This document shows positions 25,851 to 32,000 of a stretch of DNA of 32,000 nucleotides, piece after piece. The translations under genes and the position numbers were made by a program. The notes beneath the pieces were generated by a model. It saw only the letters and a list, made by a program, of their open reading frames with translations. It ran no database searches and was not told where the DNA came from. Within the stretch, counting starts at the first letter, position 1. Each line of letters begins with the position of its first letter. Where the stretch lies: positions 12,214-44,213 of the forward strand of contig CAZCCD010000005.1 of the NCBI GenBank assembly GCA_964497435.1. Direction: 5' to 3'. The stretch is from Candidatus Woesearchaeota archaeon. GTDB lineage: Archaea; Nanobdellota; Nanobdellia; Pacearchaeales; GW2011-AR1.

Positions 25851-26408
25851 TTATTTCTTATTCCTAAAACAATCAACACTATGGTCATTAACAAGGCCAG
25901 CTGCCTGCATAAAAGCATAGCAAATTGTTGAGCCGACAAATTTAAAACCTCTGGCTTTCAAATCAGCAGACATTTCATCACTTTCTTTTGATGTTGCCTT
26001 GTAATCTTTAAGAGTTTTTATTTTATTTTTAATAGGATTATTATTTACAAACTTCCAGATATATTTGTTAAAGCTACCAAATTCTTTTTGTACTTCTTGG
26101 AATTTCTGGGCATTCACAATTGTGCCACGAATCTTTGCACGATTTCTTATTATTTTCTCGTCGTTTCTTAAACGTTCAAAATCTTTCTCTGTATAATTAG
26201 CTATTTTCTTATAATCAAAACCATGAAATGCTTTTCTAAATCCATCTCTTTTTTTCAAGACTATTTGCCAGCTCAAACCAGCCTGAAAAGCGTCTAAAAC
26301 TAAGAACTCAAATAACTTTTTGTCATCGTGAAGAGGTTTTCCCCATTCTTCGTCATGATACTTTATCATTAATTCACTTTCACCGGGCCAGGGGCATCTT
26401 TTGGGCAT
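25851..26408 (-). CDS. tag: DNA-3-methyladenine glycosylase I
   Basis: Matches the Tag family: CPWPGESELMIKYHDEEWGKP, LVLDAFQAGLSWQIVLKKR and the C-terminal NDHSVDCF. I prefer the ATG at 26408 (MPKRCPW), 21 nt from the TATA, over the TTG at 26426. Confidence 0.88.
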   Translation of the reverse strand: MPKRCPWPGESELMIKYHDEEWGKPLHDDKKLFEFLVLDAFQAGLSWQIVLKKRDGFRKAFHGFDYKKIANYTEKDFERLRNDEKIIRNRAKIRGTIVNAQKFQEVQKEFGSFNKYIWKFVNNNPIKNKIKTLKDYKATSKESDEMSADLKARGFKFVGSTICYAFMQAAGLVNDHSVDCFRNKK

Positions 26409-26429
26409 GAAAATACTTATTATCAAATA

Positions 26430-26437
26430 TTTATAAA
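26430..26437. promoter_or_regulatory. Palindromic TATA box (TTTATAAA) shared by divergent tag and the membrane-protein gene
   Basis: It lies 21 nt from the tag ATG on the minus strand. On the plus strand it is 18 nt from TTG 26456 and 33 nt from ATG 26471. Confidence 0.5.
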
Positions 26438-26470
26438 TGCTATTAACATTATACTTTGAAGAGGTTTAGT

Positions 26471-27052
26471 ATGGGTTTCAAAGAATTGGATTTGAGCGCC
26501 AAGATATATGGTCTTGCTATAATTTTTCTTATAGCCCTATTGCTAGTTGAAGCAACAATATACTACGGTTTCATTTGGGCGTTTGGTGCATGGCCTCTTG
26601 TATCCTGGATTTTTTTAATTTTGGTTCTGGCCTCACTATTCCTTCTTTATAATAAAAAAACTTGGGCTTGGATTATTGTTGGAGTAACACACTTAGCAAG
26701 TATTTTATTCTACGGCTATTTAGAAAAATTTTATTATGGAATAAAATATTACATGTACAAAATACATCTTATTACCACTAATGGTCCATTTTTTTATTAT
26801 TTGTACGTCTTAATTTTGTCCATATTGGTTTTTTCACTAAAACTTAAAGAAAAATATAGTCGAAAGATAGATAAAATTTTAGGTTATTTAATGGTCTTTT
26901 TTGGGGCCATGATGATATCAAGAATAGCAGATCAGAGATTGGGTTTTGAATTTGATCTCACTGCAACAATAGTTGCTACCATTTATGCCATAGTATCACT
27001 TATCTTAATCTTCAAACAATCTTCTAAACCCCCAAGTTCTTTAAAAGTTTAA
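26471..27052 (+). CDS. Integral membrane protein (5-6 predicted TM helices), unknown function
   Basis: Repeated ~20-aa hydrophobic stretches. The ATG at 26471 is preceded by GAGGT (26461-26465); the ORF track's alternative start is TTG 26456. Confidence 0.6.
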   Translation: MGFKELDLSAKIYGLAIIFLIALLLVEATIYYGFIWAFGAWPLVSWIFLILVLASLFLLYNKKTWAWIIVGVTHLASILFYGYLEKFYYGIKYYMYKIHLITTNGPFFYYLYVLILSILVFSLKLKEKYSRKIDKILGYLMVFFGAMMISRIADQRLGFEFDLTATIVATIYAIVSLILIFKQSSKPPSSLKV

Positions 27053-27076
27053 AAACCTAACTTATTCCCCGACGAA

Positions 27077-27097
27077 GGCTTTATAAAGCCATTTTTT
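27077..27097 (+). terminator. Perfect 14-nt palindrome GGCTTTATAAAGCC followed by ATTTTTT: hairpin/T-run terminator candidate that also contains a TATA box upstream of tbp
   Basis: Seen directly: stem GGCTT/AAGCC with loop TATA, then a T6 run. It lies 25 nt after the membrane-protein stop and 44 nt before the tbp ATG. Confidence 0.45.
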
Positions 27098-27133
27098 CTC
27101 TATTTTATTACTGGAGAGTTTAAAAAGTATAAA

Positions 27134-27694
27134 ATGACTGACTCAAAAAGCAATTACAAGATACAAAACATAGTAGCTACAACTTCTCTTGAAAAGCCTG
27201 TTCCGTTGACAAAATTGGCTAGGACACAGCCAAACACAGAATACAATCCTGAGACTTTTCCTGGCCTGGTTTTAAGGATTAAAGAACCAAAGTCAGCTGT
27301 TTTAGTATTTTCTTCAGGAAATTTAGTTTGCACAGGAACAAAATCAATAGCACAAGTAAAAGAAGTTATACAGGCAGTAATAAGACAGCTTAGAAAAATA
27401 AATGTCAATGTAACTGCTAAGCCAAAAATAACTGTCCAGAATATTGTTGCTTCAGGTTCAATTGACTTAAGCTTAAATCTAAATTTTCTTGCTTTAGAAA
27501 TGGAAAACACAGAATATGAACCAGAGCAATTCCCTGGATTAGTATATAAATTGATTGAACCGACAGCCACTTTCTTGCTTTTCAGCAACGGTAAACTTGT
27601 ATGCACTGGAACAAAAAATAAAGAACAACTTGAATTCTCAATGTCACAGCTTTTAAGGAATGTCAAGACGGCTTTGAAAAATTATGAGAAGTGA
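27134..27694 (+). CDS. tbp: TATA-box-binding protein
   Basis: Two direct repeats with IQNIVATTSL...FPGLVLRIKEPKSAVLVFSSGNLVCTGTKS and VQNIVASGSI...FPGLVYKLIEPTATFLLFSNGKLVCTGTKN. Confidence 0.95.
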   Translation: MTDSKSNYKIQNIVATTSLEKPVPLTKLARTQPNTEYNPETFPGLVLRIKEPKSAVLVFSSGNLVCTGTKSIAQVKEVIQAVIRQLRKINVNVTAKPKITVQNIVASGSIDLSLNLNFLALEMENTEYEPEQFPGLVYKLIEPTATFLLFSNGKLVCTGTKNKEQLEFSMSQLLRNVKTALKNYEK

Positions 27695-27964
27695 TTTTGT
27701 AAGATATAGGAAAGTAAAATATATTTTACATCCTTAATTTAATATTTAAAATATTGGACTTATTTACACTATTTATCATTAATTATTTGTACGCATATTA
27801 ATTCTAAAGTTAAAAGTTATATGTAAGAATATTTAATTTAAGATATTGCAAAATTTTTAGTATAAATAATAATCAACTTTCACCCCTTTAAAATAATTCT
27901 TCCGAAGCTATTTTTATAGTTACGCAACATAAATCTATAAAAACCAGTATTTTATTCCTAATTT

Positions 27965-29986
27965 ATGGCAGAGGTAGTAAACATAAAAAAAGAAGATTTG
28001 ATTCTCGAAGCAAAGAATTTTTTTGATTTCTACAAAAAAGAGCTTGGAGAATCGTTAAAAAAAGGAAAAAATGTCATATATCTTGATTTTATGAAGCTTA
28101 CTGAATTTTCAAATACATTGTCAGATCAGATAATAATTAATCCTGAAGAAATACTAAGGCTTATTGAGATAGCTATAGAAGAACTTGGTCTTGTAAACAA
28201 TGCGAGAGTTAGGCTTTTTAATCTGCCTAAAAGCCAGGAGATGAAAGTCAGGAACATAAGATCAAAGAATCTTGATGAGATGATAGTTATTGAGGGTATT
28301 ATAAGACAGGCCTCTGATGTAAGGCCTCAAGTAATAAATGCTAAGTTTGAATGCCCTTCATGCGGAACAGTTATCGGTGTTTTACAAATAGAAAAAAAAT
28401 TTAGGGAGCCAGCAAGATGCTCTTGTGGGAGAAGAGGGGGGTTTAGATTAATAAGCAAGGAAATGGTTGATACTCAAAGACTCGTGATTGAAGAAGCTCC
28501 TGAATCTTTATCTGGAGGAGAACAACCTAAAAGGATTAATGTTTTTGTGAAAGAGGATCTTGTTGAACCGAGAATGGAAGAAAAAACAACTCCTGGGAGT
28601 AGGGTCAAGATAATAGGTATATTAAAAGAAGTTCCTGTACCCCTTCATGCAGGAGGCCTTTCAACAAGATTTGAATTAGCAATAGAAGTAAATAACATAA
28701 TTCCTCTTGAGGAAACCTTTGAAGAACTTGATATAAATGATGAAGACGAAAGACAGATTCTAGAGCTTGCAGAAGATCCATTGATTTTTGAAAAATTGTC
28801 AGGAAGTATAACTCCAAGTATATGGGGTTATGATGAAATAAAAAGATCTTTAGTTTTGCAACTTTTTGGAGGAGTTCCTAAAATTCATGCTGATGGGCAA
28901 AAAAGCCGAGGAGACATACATATTCTTCTTATAGGGGATCCTGGCGTGGCGAAATCTGTCACACTCGATTTCATGGCTAAGATTTCTCCTAAAGGAAGGT
29001 ATGTTGTTGGAAAATCAGCAAGTGGTGCCGGCTTAACAGCCACTGTAGTCAGAGATGAATATTTAAGAGGCTGGAGTTTAGAAGCAGGAGCAATGGTTTT
29101 GTCAAATAAAGGGCTTGTTTGTATTGATGAATTAGAAAAAATGGATCCTAATGATAGGAGTGCTATGCATGAAGCAATGGAACAACAATCTATAACAATT
29201 TCAAAGGCGAATGTTCAGGCAACCCTTAGGGCTCAGACATCTGTTCTTGCTGCTGCAAATCCTAAATTCGGGAGATTTGATCCTTATCAATCAATAGCTC
29301 AACAAATTGATCTTCCTCCTACTTTAATAAACAGGTTTGATGTCATATTCACTTTAAGGGATATACCTAGCAGGGACAAAGATGAGAAAATTGCAAGCCA
29401 TGTTCTTTTAGAGCATCAGAAAAAAGGTGAGAATATGTTAATACCTAGAGAATTATTTAGAAAATATGTTGCATATGCAAAACAAAGAATAAAACCTATA
29501 TTAGGAGAGAAAGCCATTGAAGAGATAAAAAAGTTTTATGTTGAATTGAGGAATAAGCCTGTTTCGTCTGAAAGTGCTTTAAGACCTATACCTATTTCAG
29601 CAAGGCAATTACAAGCATTAATAAGAATGGCAGAAGCATCTGCAAAATTAAAGCTTAGTGAAGAGGTTTCTGTTGAGGATGCAAAAAGGGCAATTGAGCT
29701 TATGAAATATTATTTAATGCAGGTTGGTTATGATTATGAATCAAAAACCTTTGATATTGACAAGGCAACATCTGGAATAACTGCGTCCCAAAGAAGCAAA
29801 ATATTCGCTGTAAGAGAAGTAATCAATGATTTAGAAAATCGTTTAGGGAAAATGATACCAATAGAAGAAATTGAAAAAGAACTAGAAGGAAAAATGACAA
29901 AAGATGAAATTGAAGATGCTATAAACAAATTAAATGCACAAGGCGAGTTATTTAGGCCAAGAAGAGGATTTGTTGGGAGGACATAA
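27965..29986 (+). CDS. mcm: MCM replicative helicase
   Basis: Zn finger CPSCG...CSCG. Walker A IHILLIGDPGVAKS. Walker B VCIDELEKM. Arginine finger region SRFDVIF-like (NRFDVIFTL). C-terminal winged helix. Confidence 0.95.
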   Translation: MAEVVNIKKEDLILEAKNFFDFYKKELGESLKKGKNVIYLDFMKLTEFSNTLSDQIIINPEEILRLIEIAIEELGLVNNARVRLFNLPKSQEMKVRNIRSKNLDEMIVIEGIIRQASDVRPQVINAKFECPSCGTVIGVLQIEKKFREPARCSCGRRGGFRLISKEMVDTQRLVIEEAPESLSGGEQPKRINVFVKEDLVEPRMEEKTTPGSRVKIIGILKEVPVPLHAGGLSTRFELAIEVNNIIPLEETFEELDINDEDERQILELAEDPLIFEKLSGSITPSIWGYDEIKRSLVLQLFGGVPKIHADGQKSRGDIHILLIGDPGVAKSVTLDFMAKISPKGRYVVGKSASGAGLTATVVRDEYLRGWSLEAGAMVLSNKGLVCIDELEKMDPNDRSAMHEAMEQQSITISKANVQATLRAQTSVLAAANPKFGRFDPYQSIAQQIDLPPTLINRFDVIFTLRDIPSRDKDEKIASHVLLEHQKKGENMLIPRELFRKYVAYAKQRIKPILGEKAIEEIKKFYVELRNKPVSSESALRPIPISARQLQALIRMAEASAKLKLSEEVSVEDAKRAIELMKYYLMQVGYDYESKTFDIDKATSGITASQRSKIFAVREVINDLENRLGKMIPIEEIEKELEGKMTKDEIEDAINKLNAQGELFRPRRGFVGRT

Positions 29987-30161
29987 AAAATAGACTCGCT
30001 ATAACTCTGAGATTGATTAGTTTTAATGCAGACAAAAAAAGTAATTTTAAAGTATTAAGAAAATAAGTCTTTCATAAAAACAGTTACAGCTACATAAATG
30101 CTTAAAAACAACTTAAGATTTTATAAAAAACGACTAAAATAAAAGATTAAATTAATTTAAA

Positions 30162-30785
30162 ATGGTTGAAGAACAATTCAAGAGGCATACAGCATTTAAG
30201 CTTAGAATTGGAGATATATTAAATGGGAAGCCTACAATGAATGGAGAAAGATTTTCTTTTCTAGAACTTGGAAGCAAAAAAATAGTTAGAGTTAATATAG
30301 TTGGAAATGTAATTGATAAGTATGAAAGTCCTGGAGAATCAAAATTTTTATCCTTAACAATAGATGATGGTTCTGGCCAAATAAAATTAAAATCTTTTGG
30401 AGAAGATATAACTAAGTTCAATTCAATCATACAGGGTCAGACTATTATTGTTATAGGGATATTAAGAAGCTGGAATAATGAAACATATATTAATCCTGAA
30501 ATAATAAGAGAACAGGATCCAAAATATCTTTTATTAAGAAAGCTTGAAATAGATAAAGAAAAAGCCAAGGCTGATCCGTTGGGAAGAGATCAAATCATAG
30601 CTGTAAAAGATAGGATATTAAGGGCCATAAAAAATTCTGAAGAACAAGGAGGTATTGAGAAAGATAAGTTAATAATGAATTTAAATGACATTTCTACTGA
30701 AATAATAAATCAAGAAGTCCAGAAAATGGTTGAAGATGGGATAGTTTTCGAGCCTCGGCCGGGAAAAGTGAGATATTTAGGGTAG
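30162..30785 (+). CDS. OB-fold plus C-terminal winged-helix protein, RPA32/RPA2-like ssDNA-binding candidate
   Basis: OB-fold pattern VRVNIVGNVIDKYES...LSLTIDDGSGQIKLKSFG...GQTIIVIGILRSWNNETYINPEII. C-terminal wH-like EEQGGIEKDKLIMNL...MVEDGIVFEPRPGKVRYL. It sits next to mcm. Confidence 0.5.
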   Translation: MVEEQFKRHTAFKLRIGDILNGKPTMNGERFSFLELGSKKIVRVNIVGNVIDKYESPGESKFLSLTIDDGSGQIKLKSFGEDITKFNSIIQGQTIIVIGILRSWNNETYINPEIIREQDPKYLLLRKLEIDKEKAKADPLGRDQIIAVKDRILRAIKNSEEQGGIEKDKLIMNLNDISTEIINQEVQKMVEDGIVFEPRPGKVRYLG

Positions 30786-31017
30786 TGTTTATATGAAATC
30801 TAGAAAACAAAATTGAAAGAGGAAGATATCGTATAAAAGAGATAGACAAAGGCCTGTTAAAAGCCTTGGAAATTAAAATGGAAATACTTGGAATTAAAGA
30901 TAATTCTCTTCTTCAAAATTATAGAAAAAGGTTAGATAATTTAAAGAAAAATTTTGGTTTGATAGAATAAATAAAATTCTAACAAATTTCTTTCAGGGGC
31001 GTGATAGTATTAGAAAA

Positions 31018-31284
31018 CTAACGGATTAAAATTTGTATGTTTTCTATTGCGTCTGCAACATCTTTGCCTTTTTTTGTAAGCTTTATCAGTTTAATTCGCC
31101 CCTTTTTCTCAAAATCAACAAGCTTCAAGGCTTTAAGTGTCTGCAGAATCTTTACAGCGTGGCTGTAAGTGCAGTCTACCTCTTTTGCCAAAATACTACC
31201 ATACCTCATCCTTAAATTTTTCTTTAGAGACACCAACATCAATGCTGGTTTTCTCCTAAAAAAAATGTCAAAGTTATCTTTCAT
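31018..31284 (-). CDS. Small winged-helix transcriptional regulator (ArsR/MarR-like)
   Basis: GSILAKEVDCTYSHAVKILQTLKALKLVDFEKKGRIKLIKLTKKG is a classic HTH plus wing pattern. Confidence 0.6.
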   Translation of the reverse strand: MKDNFDIFFRRKPALMLVSLKKNLRMRYGSILAKEVDCTYSHAVKILQTLKALKLVDFEKKGRIKLIKLTKKGKDVADAIENIQILIR

Positions 31285-31425
31285 TTTGGCATGTATGTTT
31301 TTTAATGTATATATTCAGATAGTAGTGTATTTTTAAATGTTTTGGAGTATACATAATCACTCCTAATCTTAAGTGAAATTTTTTTATTTAGTAAAGCTTA
31401 TTAACCAAATGTATAACCTATATGC

Positions 31426-32000
31426 ATGGAAAATAAAGGCAAAAAAACAAAAATTTTAGCAGTAGGAGACATTCACGGAGATGTTGGTTTAGTAACAAGG
31501 CTGGCAGAAAAAGTAAAAAAAGAAGATGTAGATATAGTCATCTTATCCGGAGATTTGACTTTTGCAGAGAGATCTTTGAAGGGAATAATAGGACCTTTTG
31601 CAGAACAAAAAAAGAAAGTCCTTATAATTCCAGGAAATCATGAAAGTGTTGCGACAAATTTCTTCTTGTCAGAGCTTTACAGTCCTTATTCTAAAAATCT
31701 TCACGGGTATTATTTTAAAAAAGAGGATATTGGTTTTTTTGGTGCTGGAACAGCTAACATGGGGCCTCATCAAATACCAGACATAGAAATATTTAACCTG
31801 CTAAAAAAAGGGCATGAAAAAATAAAAGAAATGAGTAAAAAAGTAATGGTAACTCATATCCATCCTTCTAAAACAAATTTTGAATTTTCTGGTTGGAGAG
31901 GAAGTGATGCTGTAAGAAATGCGATAGAAAAATTTCAGCCAGACATAGCTATCTGTTCTCATATCCATGAAGCTGCTGGCCTAGAAGATCAGATAGGAAA
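31426..32000 (+). CDS. Metallophosphoesterase (calcineurin-like), 3' end cut by the window edge
   Basis: It is absent from the ORF track because no stop lies within the window. Translation from the ATG at 31426 gives MENKGKKTKILAVGDIHGD...ILSGDLT...IPGNHES...VTHIHP...CSHIHEAAG, the canonical metallophosphatase motif series. Confidence 0.8.
   Translation, partial: MENKGKKTKILAVGDIHGDVGLVTRLAEKVKKEDVDIVILSGDLTFAERSLKGIIGPFAEQKKKVLIIPGNHESVATNFFLSELYSPYSKNLHGYYFKKEDIGFFGAGTANMGPHQIPDIEIFNLLKKGHEKIKEMSKKVMVTHIHPSKTNFEFSGWRGSDAVRNAIEKFQPDIAICSHIHEAAGLEDQIG

Noticed and set aside
27154-27666. 170-aa ORF antisense to tbp.
   Set aside because: The sense strand encodes an unmistakable two-repeat TBP. 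The antisense frame is a by-product of AT-rich codon usage and has no recognisable motifs.
27695-27964. Origin-recognition-box-like repeats in the tbp-mcm spacer (TTAATTTAATATTTAA versus AATATTTAATTTAAG; recurring TTTACA).
   Set aside because: The similarities are short, gapped and made only of A/T in a nearly pure-AT spacer. Nothing resembles the conserved ORB core. I kept this only as a low-interest note on spacer length.
1-32000. CRISPR arrays, transposases/IS elements, integrases, toxin-antitoxin pairs, and stop-codon reassignment.
   Set aside because: I found no regularly spaced direct repeats and no recognisable transposase, integrase or Cas motifs in any long ORF. Confidently identified genes end at TAA or TGA at their expected lengths (I found no TAG-terminated gene to test), so a standard code fits.

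Overview
This is an AT-rich, very tightly packed archaeal chromosomal segment. The archaeal assignment rests on TBP, MCM, ribosomal protein L15e, an ATP-dependent DNA ligase and a bulge-helix-bulge tRNA intron. A small-genome, DPANN-like lineage is my inference from AT-richness, compaction and gene content, not something I could test.

Most of the window is housekeeping:
- Translation and replication: metG, rpl15e, lig, tbp, mcm and an RPA-like OB-fold protein.
- Nucleotide metabolism: guaB-purA, pyrD and a pyrE-pyrF fusion.
- Other: sod, tag, a suf Fe-S cluster and three tRNAs, two of them with long intervening sequences.

The only clearly accessory region is 1-6225. It holds three tandem secreted, N-glycosylation-sequon-rich surface proteins: two NosD-like beta-helix paralogues sharing a highly constrained C-terminal module, and one CarboxypepD_reg/FN3/DNRLRE protein ending in a dockerin-like tail.

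Other notable points:
- SufB is interrupted by two LAGLIDADG-containing inteins, in an atypical suf locus (sufB, unknown ORF, sufU-like, sufC) with a divergent Cys-rich HTH regulator.
- A 27-nt hairpin motif repeats at the same distance upstream of two unrelated genes.
- Promoter geometry is very uniform: a TATA box 20-22 nt from the ATG, implying leaderless mRNAs.
- Three convergent gene pairs have abutting stop codons.
- One tRNA locus has an intervening sequence I cannot fold into a canonical splice motif.

I see no CRISPR array, transposase, or recognisable defence or toxin-antitoxin system. The best candidates for something new are the surface-protein trio and the suf-locus extras, and both remain hypotheses.
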